Positions 9,308-18,084 of a stretch of 64,000 bases of DNA are shown piece after piece. Origin of the DNA: Omnitrophica WOR_2 bacterium. GTDB lineage: Bacteria > Bacteroidota > Bacteroidia > Bacteroidales > Lentimicrobiaceae. How positions within the stretch are numbered: position 1 is the first letter of the stretch; the number at the start of each line of letters is the position of its first letter. The notes under the pieces were generated by a model. The model was not told the origin of the DNA. It searched no databases and saw only the letters and a program-made list of their open reading frames with translations. A program made the position numbers and the translations under genes. The stretch lies in NCBI GenBank assembly GCA_050259095.1, contig JBLMZZ010000162.1, positions 4,667 through 68,666 of the forward strand. Direction: 5' to 3'.

Positions 9308-11233
9308 ATGAAGATTACCAGACAAAGAATTTTGTTAGCTGGTTACTTGGCACTATTAGTGCCCTTTATTGTTTGTAGTCAATCAAGATTTGATTCACTT
9401 GAACTTAAATTAAAAACACTACCTGATACAGCATCCAGGCTTCCTTTATTAAAAGAATTATCAAGAACTGCCTTTGAAGCAGCAGACTATTCATCGGCAA
9501 TATATTACCTTAAACAAGAAGTAAATCAAAGTTCTAAGTCAAATGATTCTATATCATGGGCAAATGCTCATTACAGTCTTGGAATGGTTTATACAGTTAC
9601 TCTAGATTATGTTGATGCTCAAAAACACAGTTCAATAGCACTAGATTACTTTTCTAGAAACAACATGCTTGTACCTGTTGCCAATACTTGCATAAATCTT
9701 GGTTTTATTCAAAATGAGCGAAAATATACTGATAAGGCATTCAAATACTATTTGAGAGCACTAAATATCTTTGCTAGTTTAATGGACCAGGAAAACCTTG
9801 ATGCCAGTTACCTGAATCTTGGTAACTTGGGTAGAAATTTACCAAATATAGATAACTATCGAAGGACATTTCAAGAATCGAGAGACATTGCTAACTCATA
9901 TAATACTTCTTCGTTATCAGTAGTTTACTCAGCACTTGGGGTACTAAGCCTAAAAAAAAACGACCTGGAAAATGCAGAATTATATGTTTCTAAGGGATTA
10001 GAATTATCTGAAAAGAATAATGATCAGGGTTCAATTGCCAATGGACAGGTACTTTTAGGAAAAGTATATTTCAGTAAAGGTATGCATACAGAGGCTTACG
10101 CAATTACTGAAAAAGGACTTCTAGCAGCACGTGCAGTAAAGAATAGGCCTCTTATTATGGATGCTTATTCACAATTGGCAAAAATAACAATGGCATTAAA
10201 CCAACCAGGATTAGCCTATTCATTTCTAGATCAGTATGTTCAGTTGAAGGATAGTATATATAATGAACAGATGGCTATCCAACTTACCAGAGCTAATCGC
10301 CGATTTGAGATCACAGATGATAATATGGATCCAGGTAAACTCTTACGTCAAAATCTTGATCAAACACTTAATATTCAGAATAACTTTAAACTTAAGATAG
10401 CTCTACTTTTCTCACTGATAGTCATTATTATATTATTATTCTTTTTCTTTAAAAGATATTATTCGAAATCAAAAATTGCTAGCAAATTAACAGAACAGAA
10501 TAAAGTAATAGAAGAACAAAAAAACCACCTTGAAGAGCTTATTCAAACAAAAGACAGGTTCCTTTCGATTATTGCACATGATCTTAAAAATCCATTCAAC
10601 TCTCTTTTAGGTTTTGCTGACCTTGCATATAATGACTTCGATGAAATAACCGACAATGAGAAGAAATCATATCTGAATGTTATAAGGCAATCGGGGCAAC
10701 ATATATACGCTTTACTCGATAATTTGCTTAACTGGTCAAGAGCACAATCAGGACGAATTGACTTTTTCCCTGAGCCTGTTAGTTTAACTGAAAATATTGA
10801 AAATGCTGTTGAACTTGTACGAAGTTCAGCCGACAATAAACATATCTCACTGTTTTCTGATTTTTCAAGGGATGTGATAGTAAAAGCTGATAAAAATATG
10901 CTATCAACCATCTTGAGAAATCTTTTAACTAATGCTATTAAATTTACTCCTAATGGAGGATCTGTAACAGTTAGCAGCAGGATTAATCATAAGAAAGTTA
11001 CCGTCTCAGTAATAGATACAGGGGTCGGTATGACTGCTGAAGAACTTAATAAACTCTTTAAACTTGATGGTGGCTTAAAGACAGAAGGAACAGCTAATGA
11101 ATCTGGTACAGGTCTTGGTTTGATACTATGTCAGGAGTTTATGAGTCTGCATAAATCAAAAATAATAGCCGAAAGCACTCCTGGGAAAGGAAGCACTTTC
11201 AGCTTTTCACTTGATTTTATACAGCAACTTTAG
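9308..11233 (+). CDS. TPR-repeat membrane sensor histidine kinase
   Basis: TPR-like periplasmic region, one TM (IALLFSLIVIIILLFFF), H-box IAHDLKNPF, N-box NLLTNAIKF, DTGVG, GTGLGL; start moved to ATG 9308. Confidence 0.92.
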   Translation: MKITRQRILLAGYLALLVPFIVCSQSRFDSLELKLKTLPDTASRLPLLKELSRTAFEAADYSSAIYYLKQEVNQSSKSNDSISWANAHYSLGMVYTVTLDYVDAQKHSSIALDYFSRNNMLVPVANTCINLGFIQNERKYTDKAFKYYLRALNIFASLMDQENLDASYLNLGNLGRNLPNIDNYRRTFQESRDIANSYNTSSLSVVYSALGVLSLKKNDLENAELYVSKGLELSEKNNDQGSIANGQVLLGKVYFSKGMHTEAYAITEKGLLAARAVKNRPLIMDAYSQLAKITMALNQPGLAYSFLDQYVQLKDSIYNEQMAIQLTRANRRFEITDDNMDPGKLLRQNLDQTLNIQNNFKLKIALLFSLIVIIILLFFFFKRYYSKSKIASKLTEQNKVIEEQKNHLEELIQTKDRFLSIIAHDLKNPFNSLLGFADLAYNDFDEITDNEKKSYLNVIRQSGQHIYALLDNLLNWSRAQSGRIDFFPEPVSLTENIENAVELVRSSADNKHISLFSDFSRDVIVKADKNMLSTILRNLLTNAIKFTPNGGSVTVSSRINHKKVTVSVIDTGVGMTAEELNKLFKLDGGLKTEGTANESGTGLGLILCQEFMSLHKSKIIAESTPGKGSTFSFSLDFIQQL

Positions 11234-11607
11234 AATGGTAATCCTCCATTTTCATCTTCCTCTTCAAATCTGTCTCTTGTATTAAAAGAAGGAAGACTAC
11301 TATTACTATCCGCCATACCATTGCTCAGATTCATTTTCCAAGCTTCCAGATCCATAAAATAGCTTACACGACCTTCTTTCTCGTATTTGCGTCCTTTTAA
11401 ATTAAATGAAATACTTACTTCCTGACCAACTTTGTAAGTATCCAGCATTGAACACTTTTCACCTATAGCCTGAAATTTTAGATATTGAACATAGCTACCT
11501 GAAGGGTTATCTCTATACTCAACTATAAACTCTCTTTTTTTGAACTTTTCGGAAATATTCTGTGTTGGAAAAATTTCAATTATTTTACCTGATAATTCGA
11601 ATGACAT
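11230..11607 (-). CDS. DUF3127 domain protein (OB-fold, SSB-like)
   Basis: ELSGKIIEI, FKKREFIVE, V.ISFNLKGR, YFMDLEAWK, acidic tail ending LPF. Confidence 0.88.
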   Translation of the reverse strand: MSFELSGKIIEIFPTQNISEKFKKREFIVEYRDNPSGSYVQYLKFQAIGEKCSMLDTYKVGQEVSISFNLKGRKYEKEGRVSYFMDLEAWKMNLSNGMADSNSSLPSFNTRDRFEEEDENGGLPF

Positions 11608-11626
11608 TTTCTTATTTATTTAGTTA

Positions 11627-12118
11627 TTAATATGGTAATTTTTTTTCGAGATCAGCCCAATTTTTGAAGACATTCATCGATTCTTCTCTCATGAGCTGAT
11701 AAGTAGCAATTTTACGGTCACCGTGATCTTTTACAAGTTCTTTGTAAATAAAATCGTCATCAAAACCTGCTGTTGCAGCATCATGACGTGTTGCAGCATA
11801 AAAAATTCTATTTGGTCGGGCCCAATAAAGAGCACCCAGACACATGGGACAAGGTTCACAACTGCAATATATATCACAGCCTGATAATTGAAAATCTTTC
11901 AGAATGCTACATGCATTTCTTATGGCAACTATTTCAGCATGGGCAGTAGGATCATGCTGCAGGGTAACCATATTTGATCCTGTTGCTATTATAGTTCCAT
12001 CTTTAACGATTACCGCTCCAAAAGGGCCGCCATTATTCTCTTTAAGATTTATTTCAGCCATTTTAATGGCTTCTGCCATAAAATTCTGATGCATATCCAT
12101 TTCTTCCAATATATTCAT
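11627..12118 (-). CDS. Nucleoside/guanine deaminase (GuaD-like)
   Basis: GGPFGAVIV, DPTAHAEIVAIR, SCEPCPMCLGA zinc motif. Confidence 0.9.
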   Translation of the reverse strand: MNILEEMDMHQNFMAEAIKMAEINLKENNGGPFGAVIVKDGTIIATGSNMVTLQHDPTAHAEIVAIRNACSILKDFQLSGCDIYCSCEPCPMCLGALYWARPNRIFYAATRHDAATAGFDDDFIYKELVKDHGDRKIATYQLMREESMNVFKNWADLEKKLPY

Positions 12119-12806
12119 TCCAATTACCTCTTAGTGTGTCATATTTAATAGCATTCTCAAGCTTATCCAGATATTCATTTCGGGAGATCAATGATGCTCC
12201 AAGCGAATAAAGATGGTCAGTTGGCATTTGAGCATCAACAAAGTGAAAATCATTGTGTTTCAGAAAATCAAACAAGAAAAACAACGCTGCTTTAGAAGCA
12301 TCTGTTAATATGTGAAACATTGATTCGCCAAAAAAGGCTTTTCCAATCGATACGCCAAATAATCCACCTACTATATTTTCGTTATTCCAAACCTCAAGAC
12401 TATGAGCATATCCCTGATTGTAAAGCTCCGTATATGCTTCAACAGTTTCATTAAGAATCCATGTACCTGGTACTTCCTTCTCTCGTATAATCAGAGCACA
12501 ACACTGCATTGTTCTTTTAAAGTACTGATCAAAGGTAAAAGTGAAGGTGTGTTTCTTAATCTTTTGCTTTAGGCTGTGCGAAGGAATAAATGCATTAATA
12601 TTAAAGATACACCTCTCAAGAGGGGAGTGCCAAAGAATAGGAGAACTGGAGTCGTACCATGGAAATATACCTTTTTTATAGGCTTCCAGTAACCTCATTA
12701 CACTAAGGTCTCCACCGAAAGCAATTACTCCAGAATCATTAAGATCTCGTAAATCAGGGAACTTACTTTTGTTAAGATCTATTATTTTATACTCTCTCTC
12801 CTTCAT
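12063..12806 (-). CDS. aat: Leucyl/phenylalanyl-tRNA--protein transferase
   Basis: AFGGDLS, AYKKGIFPW, GTWI, GYAHSLEVW, GGLFGV, FFGESMF, DASKAA, DAQMPT.HL. Confidence 0.95.
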   Translation of the reverse strand: MKEREYKIIDLNKSKFPDLRDLNDSGVIAFGGDLSVMRLLEAYKKGIFPWYDSSSPILWHSPLERCIFNINAFIPSHSLKQKIKKHTFTFTFDQYFKRTMQCCALIIREKEVPGTWILNETVEAYTELYNQGYAHSLEVWNNENIVGGLFGVSIGKAFFGESMFHILTDASKAALFFLFDFLKHNDFHFVDAQMPTDHLYSLGASLISRNEYLDKLENAIKYDTLRGNWNEYIGRNGYASEFYGRSH

Positions 12807-12873
12807 CCTAATATAACTTCACAATATACTTATTCAAAAGTAGTGATTATACAATCTAAAAAAGATACGGCAC

Positions 12874-12903
12874 AAAAAAACCGGCTCTTTTGCCGGTTTC
12901 TTT
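12874..12903 (-). terminator. Intrinsic terminator after serC
   Basis: On minus strand AAACCGGC-AAAAGA-GCCGGTTTTTTT. Confidence 0.8.
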
Positions 12904-12916
12904 GTTAATTAAAAGA

Positions 12917-13987
12917 CTACAGATTTTCTTTTTCGAAATCTCTCATACAGTCAACTAATGCTTGTACACTTTCAATTGGGAGTGCATTATAAGTTGAAGC
13001 CCTGAATCCACCAACAGAACGATGTCCTTTAATACCAATCATTCCACGTTGTTTAGCAAATTCCATGAATGCATCTTCTTTATCTTTGTATGCTTCTTTC
13101 ATTACAAAGCAGATATTCATAATAGATCTTGAATCTTTTTCTGCAGTTCCAGTAAACATCTTGCTATTATCAATTGCATCATAAAGAAGTTTAGCTTTAT
13201 TCAAATTCATTTTCTCAATTTCTTTTACCCCTCCAATGCTCTTAATCCACCGTAATGTTTCTAGCACTGTGTAAATTGGTAGAACAGGAGGTGTATTGAA
13301 CATTGAACCTTCTTTAATATGGGTTCTATAATCAAGCATTGTAGGAATTGCACGCTCAACCTTTCCCAGAATATCTTCACGAACAATTACAAATGTAACA
13401 CCTGCAGGACCCAGGTTCTTTTGAGCACCACCATATATCATAGCATATTTTGATACATCAACCGGACGGCTTAGAATATCAGAGGACATGTCTGCCACGA
13501 GATTGACCGGAGAATCCATATCATACCTGATCTCTGTTCCATAGATAGTATTGTTGGTGGTGATGTGGAAATAATCAGCATCAACAGGTACTTGATATCC
13601 TTTAGGTATGTAAGTGAAATTCTTATCAGAAGATGAAGCTACGATGTTAACTTCACCAAATAATTTAGCTTCTTTGTTTGCTTTCTTTGCCCAAACACCT
13701 GTTTCCAGGTATGCAGCTTTCTTGTTTAATAAATTAAAAGGAACCATACAGAACTGAAGACTAGCACCGCCGCCAAGGAAAAGCACATGGTAACCTTCAG
13801 GTATGTTCATAATTTCTTTGAAGAGACTAACAGCTTCATCAATTACAGCCTGAAAATCTTTGCTTCTGTGTGAGATTTCAAGAATCGACATGCCAATTCC
13901 ATTAAAATCCAAAATTGCTTTAGCTGTGTTTTCGATGGCTACTCTCGGTAAAATTGAAGGGCCTGCATTGAAATTGTGCTTTTTCAT
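12917..13987 (-). CDS. serC: Phosphoserine aminotransferase
   Basis: Start moved to [11 protein letters not shown] (13987); [47 protein letters not shown]. Confidence 0.97.
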   Translation of the reverse strand: MKKHNFNAGPSILPRVAIENTAKAILDFNGIGMSILEISHRSKDFQAVIDEAVSLFKEIMNIPEGYHVLFLGGGASLQFCMVPFNLLNKKAAYLETGVWAKKANKEAKLFGEVNIVASSSDKNFTYIPKGYQVPVDADYFHITTNNTIYGTEIRYDMDSPVNLVADMSSDILSRPVDVSKYAMIYGGAQKNLGPAGVTFVIVREDILGKVERAIPTMLDYRTHIKEGSMFNTPPVLPIYTVLETLRWIKSIGGVKEIEKMNLNKAKLLYDAIDNSKMFTGTAEKDSRSIMNICFVMKEAYKDKEDAFMEFAKQRGMIGIKGHRSVGGFRASTYNALPIESVQALVDCMRDFEKENL

Positions 13988-14070
13988 GATAAATTTTATT
14001 TGTTTGATTTTGTGTATATTTTTAAAGATAGTAATATTATCTACCTTCCAGTGTTCAATGAAAATCACAA

Positions 14071-14078
14071 CAAAGGTA
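14071..14078 (-). promoter_or_regulatory. -7 promoter element for serC
   Basis: TACCTTTG on the minus strand about 85 nt upstream of the serC ATG. Confidence 0.55.
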
Positions 14079-14184
14079 TAAAGATTTAGAAGAAAGAAAA
14101 ATCAATTTAGCCCTTCTCAGGAAATGTTTTTTAAGATTAAAATCCTTTTATCTCCAATGTTTTGGACCACAATGGTTGACAGAA

Positions 14185-15084
14185 TTAATGTGGTAATAAA
14201 TCAAGATCAGGCTTTTTGATTTTTTTTCTATCTTCTTTCTTGACCGCAGGATTTCTAGCATTTATTCCTTCAACAAAAGTCCAGTATCCTTTAAAATATA
14301 CGTACCCATCATAGATATTGCCCACAGGTACATAAGCCCATCGCTGTCCTTCAAGATTCTCATTTAGTGGCATTAATCTGTCGACAATAACTATGCTGTC
14401 ATTCACTCTACTCTGTGATTTTCTTACACCTGTAAGCGTTAATTTTTGCTTACTATAATTCAGTGTAAGACTTGCAGTTGCAGCATACTCTATGATGATT
14501 CTGCTTGTAATTCCTTCTTTATTTTTAAAAACTTCTTTACCAAAGACAACTGAACTATCATTCAGAAATGTAATTGCTTCCAATGATTTTCTTGAGGTTT
14601 GATGCTCAAATCGATCCCACCCTAACAAGAGATAAAAGTTATCTGTTTTACGTTTAGGTCCAATTGCTTTATAATACAAAGCACCAGGCCAATCATTTAA
14701 AGCATAAATTGAATCACTACTTACTTTTTTTTGGGAAGGTTTAATTGGTAATTCAATTACTTTGCCAGTCGTAGTCTTGTAAATCAAACCACAATATAAG
14801 TTCTGACCATCGTTTTGTTGAATATTCCAATTATAAAAAATAAAGGCATCATCAGTTGGTTTTGTTTGACCTATTCTTAATGATTTTATAGAATCGGGTA
14901 TAAATCCGGTTTGCGAAATGTATCTTTCTAATTGATTATAGAAAAGACTATTCAGTTCAATACGAAGTGAATCATTTCTCTCTTTTCGAGTACTATCAAG
15001 TAATTTAGTAAGAGATGATATTGATGACTGTCCCATCATCAATACAGGTAATAACATGAAAAGGAATAAGAAGGATTTTTTCAA
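14185..15084 (-). CDS. Hypothetical secreted protein
   Basis: TTG start, signal-peptide-like N-terminus, 299 aa; YLLLGWD and YVPVGNIYDGY motifs; function not recognised. Confidence 0.7.
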   Translation of the reverse strand: MKKSFLFLFMLLPVLMMGQSSISSLTKLLDSTRKERNDSLRIELNSLFYNQLERYISQTGFIPDSIKSLRIGQTKPTDDAFIFYNWNIQQNDGQNLYCGLIYKTTTGKVIELPIKPSQKKVSSDSIYALNDWPGALYYKAIGPKRKTDNFYLLLGWDRFEHQTSRKSLEAITFLNDSSVVFGKEVFKNKEGITSRIIIEYAATASLTLNYSKQKLTLTGVRKSQSRVNDSIVIVDRLMPLNENLEGQRWAYVPVGNIYDGYVYFKGYWTFVEGINARNPAVKKEDRKKIKKPDLDLLPH

Positions 15085-15115
15085 TTCAATTGAATTTAGT
15101 GATAATTGAGCTTAA

Positions 15116-15132
15116 CAAAAATATTACTTTTG
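15116..15132. promoter_or_regulatory. Back-to-back divergent -7 promoter elements
   Basis: CAAAAATA (TATTTTTG on minus, 15116-15123) abutting TACTTTTG (plus, 15125-15132) between two divergent genes. Confidence 0.65.
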
Positions 15133-15144
15133 CCTCAAAGAGCA

Positions 15145-16191
15145 ATGATGAATTCTAATTATATAGTAAACGATCAAATTAGGGAATTAGCATTTATTAT
15201 TAGAGAAAGTGTTAATAAATATGCTCAGAATAATAAGCCTGAATCTTCGTTTGAAGATACTGTATTCGATTTGATAATAGATTCAAAACTTCATAATCCT
15301 TGGTTTATTCCATTGCATATGGTTTATGCTCTTTATTCTCTTGCAGATGATCTTGAATTTTTAGCAAGCAAGATTAGAGAATCACAAGTTATAAAAGATG
15401 GATCTTTATTATCAAATAAATCTGGATGGTTGCTCAGAACCTCAAGCCCACTTGAAGGTGTAGCTGAGTTAGTTTATTTTGCCGCAATTGGCTTGTCGTG
15501 TGAAATTAAAGTTGATGCTCTGTTGTCATTTACTTTAAAAAAGGTGATTTCGCTGATTGAAATATGTCCTAAACTTGCTGGAAGGTTAGCCTTAAATGAA
15601 GGATCTTTTATCGGAATTAACTCAATAATTGCCATGACGGGGTTAAACAGTACTCAACTTGAATACTTTAATAAATATCCTGTTCTTGAGCTAGCAGGGA
15701 AAGGAGTTTCTTTGATCATTACTGGAAACGAAGATGATAAACAGTTAAGTATCCTAGCTGATTCAATATGTCAGTATTTTGGTCGCAGTAGTCAAAGCGT
15801 TAAAGTAATCTTTGTACCAGAGTCTTATGAGATAGAGAATATAAGAAGATCAATGAGTAGGTTTTCAGAACAATTGTATAATAATCGCTATTACAATAAT
15901 TATGAATACAGAAAATCATCATTGATATTTAATAAGATAGCATATAATGAAATACCACCTGTTATTATTACAGAGGACCCAAACCAGGCAGGCTATATTT
16001 CAATTTTGTGCGTACAACGTTATAAAGATCTTGACGATATTTATAAAAATGACTTGACAACAAGATTTCCTGTAAGTAACTCTGTAAATAAAATTTTAAT
16101 TCATAACGAATGTACTTTGTCATTATCGGGGTTTCAGTCTAACCTTCCAATAATAGAGCAATTTATTGAGAAACATCAATTGAATTGGTAA
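15145..16191 (+). CDS. Acyl-CoA reductase (LuxC-like) family protein, divergent, possibly catalytically inactive
   Basis: HNPWF, YFG...FVP, RYYNNYEY.K segments typical of Bacteroidota acyl-CoA reductases; start moved to ATG 15145, downstream of the -7 element. Confidence 0.7.
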   Translation: MMNSNYIVNDQIRELAFIIRESVNKYAQNNKPESSFEDTVFDLIIDSKLHNPWFIPLHMVYALYSLADDLEFLASKIRESQVIKDGSLLSNKSGWLLRTSSPLEGVAELVYFAAIGLSCEIKVDALLSFTLKKVISLIEICPKLAGRLALNEGSFIGINSIIAMTGLNSTQLEYFNKYPVLELAGKGVSLIITGNEDDKQLSILADSICQYFGRSSQSVKVIFVPESYEIENIRRSMSRFSEQLYNNRYYNNYEYRKSSLIFNKIAYNEIPPVIITEDPNQAGYISILCVQRYKDLDDIYKNDLTTRFPVSNSVNKILIHNECTLSLSGFQSNLPIIEQFIEKHQLNW

Positions 16192-16271
16192 TATCTGGCA
16201 TAAAATTCTCAGTAGAATCATGTTAAAGAGGTCATCATACAGGTCCAGCAAGAAAAAAAAATCGTTTTTGC

Positions 16272-16302
16272 TTTGTTATATTAACTAATATTTATACTTT
16301 TG
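16272..16302 (+). promoter_or_regulatory. Sigma-A promoter of rpmE2
   Basis: TTTG (16272-75), 19 nt, TACTTTTG (16295-302). Confidence 0.8.
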
Positions 16303-16388
16303 CATTCCCAAAAATTGTCGGGTATATACAAAAGGATAACCCCGGCAACATTAGGTAAAAAAAGGGCTTCATTCAAATAAACTTATCA

Positions 16389-16658
16389 ATGAAAAAAGAA
16401 ATTCATCCTAAAGAATACCGTCTGGTTGTCTTTAAAGATATGTCTAATGATGATACATTCATTACTAAATCAACAGTAGCAACTAGAGACACCATAACAA
16501 TGGAAGACGGCAAGGAATATCCACTGATAAAACTGGAAATTTCAAACACTTCTCACCCATTCTACACTGGTAAGATTAAACTTATTGATACTGCTGGTCG
16601 CGTTGATAAGTTTAAGACAAAATATCAAAAACACTTTGAAAATCGCAACAAAGCTTAA
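16389..16658 (+). CDS. rpmE2: 50S ribosomal protein L31 type B
   Basis: [17 protein letters not shown]...[13 protein letters not shown]...DTAGRVDKF; no zinc-binding cysteines. Confidence 0.97.
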   Translation: MKKEIHPKEYRLVVFKDMSNDDTFITKSTVATRDTITMEDGKEYPLIKLEISNTSHPFYTGKIKLIDTAGRVDKFKTKYQKHFENRNKA

Positions 16659-16694
16659 TATAATTTTCAGTTGTTGATTGTTAATAATATTTCT

Positions 16695-16724
16695 AAAGCC
16701 CTTAAAGAATAAGGGCTTTTTTTT
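16695..16724 (+). terminator. Intrinsic terminator after rpmE2
   Basis: AAAGCCCTTA-AAGAA-TAAGGGCTTTTTTTT. Confidence 0.85.
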
Positions 16725-16768
16725 TATATTTTTGGAGAATATACTATTCATATATAAATCTACCCGTT

Positions 16769-17944
16769 ATGAATTACGTTCTTTTTGATGAATCGCGAAG
16801 GAAGAATCTATTACCATTAACTTTCATGAGACCTGTTGCTGATATCAGGTTTGGAATACTTACTATCCGTGAAAAGTGGGAAAAGTACTTGAATACAACT
16901 ACTTCCACTCTGACTGATAACTATCTTGCTGAGAAGTTCCCACTTGTAAAACAAGAGGCAAATATCATTATAAACGGGGCTATCTGTCCTAATGATAATT
17001 TATTTGCTGAAATAAGGAAACTTGAGCCGGGAAATGCTTTGATTAAAGGAGATACGATCATAGCAATGTGCATGAATGAAGAAGATTTTAAAAAACAATC
17101 AAATGCCGTTCAAGAGATAGAAACAGATGTTGACTACCTTGAAATTAATAATACCTGGGATATATTTGTACGAAATGCTCAAGCATTAAGAGATGATTTT
17201 AAAATGCTTACAGCAGGTCGTAAATCTGCACCTATTCCTTCTCATTGCTTTGCTATTGCTCAGGAAAATATTTTTATCGAAGAAGGTGCAACTATTTTAG
17301 CTTCCACACTTAACGCAACTGATGGCCCTATTTACATTGGTAAAGGTGCTGAAATAATGGAAGGTTCCAATCTCAGAGGTCCTTTGGCAATTTGTGACTA
17401 TGCTATAGTTAAAATGGGAGCCAAAATATATGGTGGCACAACTGTTGGCCCTCATTCTAAAGTTGGTGGTGAAGTAAATAATTCTGTAATTTTCGGTTAT
17501 TCAAATAAGGCTCATGATGGATTTTTAGGTCATTCCGTAATTGCTGAGTGGTGCAATTTAGGTGCCGATACAAATATTTCAAATCTGAAAAATACTTACG
17601 ATAATATTAAGCTTTGGAACTATGCTGATGAAACATTTGTTGAAACAAACCAGCAATTTTGTGGATTAATCATGGGTGATCATTCAAAATGTGGTATCAA
17701 TACTATGTTTAATACCGGTACAGTGGTTGGAGTAAGTGCAAATGTTTTTGGTTCAGGTTATCAAAGAAATTTTATTTCATCTTTTAAATGGGGTGGAGTT
17801 AATGGATTTCAAACATTTCAACCAGCTAAAGCTATTGAAATTGCCAAAGGAATGTTTAAACGTCGTAACCTTGAGTTCACAGATACTGAAGAGAGACTTC
17901 TAACCTCTGTTTTTGAGTTAACTCACAACTACCGCAGAATGTAA
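16769..17944 (+). CDS. GlmU-related putative sugar nucleotidyltransferase with hexapeptide repeats
   Basis: LLPLTFMRPVADIRFGILTIREKW N-terminus; left-handed beta-helix repeats; KAHDGFLGHS; usual neighbour of rpmE2 in Bacteroidota. Confidence 0.85.
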   Translation: MNYVLFDESRRKNLLPLTFMRPVADIRFGILTIREKWEKYLNTTTSTLTDNYLAEKFPLVKQEANIIINGAICPNDNLFAEIRKLEPGNALIKGDTIIAMCMNEEDFKKQSNAVQEIETDVDYLEINNTWDIFVRNAQALRDDFKMLTAGRKSAPIPSHCFAIAQENIFIEEGATILASTLNATDGPIYIGKGAEIMEGSNLRGPLAICDYAIVKMGAKIYGGTTVGPHSKVGGEVNNSVIFGYSNKAHDGFLGHSVIAEWCNLGADTNISNLKNTYDNIKLWNYADETFVETNQQFCGLIMGDHSKCGINTMFNTGTVVGVSANVFGSGYQRNFISSFKWGGVNGFQTFQPAKAIEIAKGMFKRRNLEFTDTEERLLTSVFELTHNYRRM

Positions 17945-18084
17945 ACCTTTTTTTATAACACTTGTTAATGGAATATCTTTTGGCGACCCTATGTAAGATG
18001 GCATAAATTTTGACATACTGCTTAAAGACTGTTTTTGGGGAAAATTTATCAAGTTAATAGAAAAGAGCTGCTAACCACTTTCAT

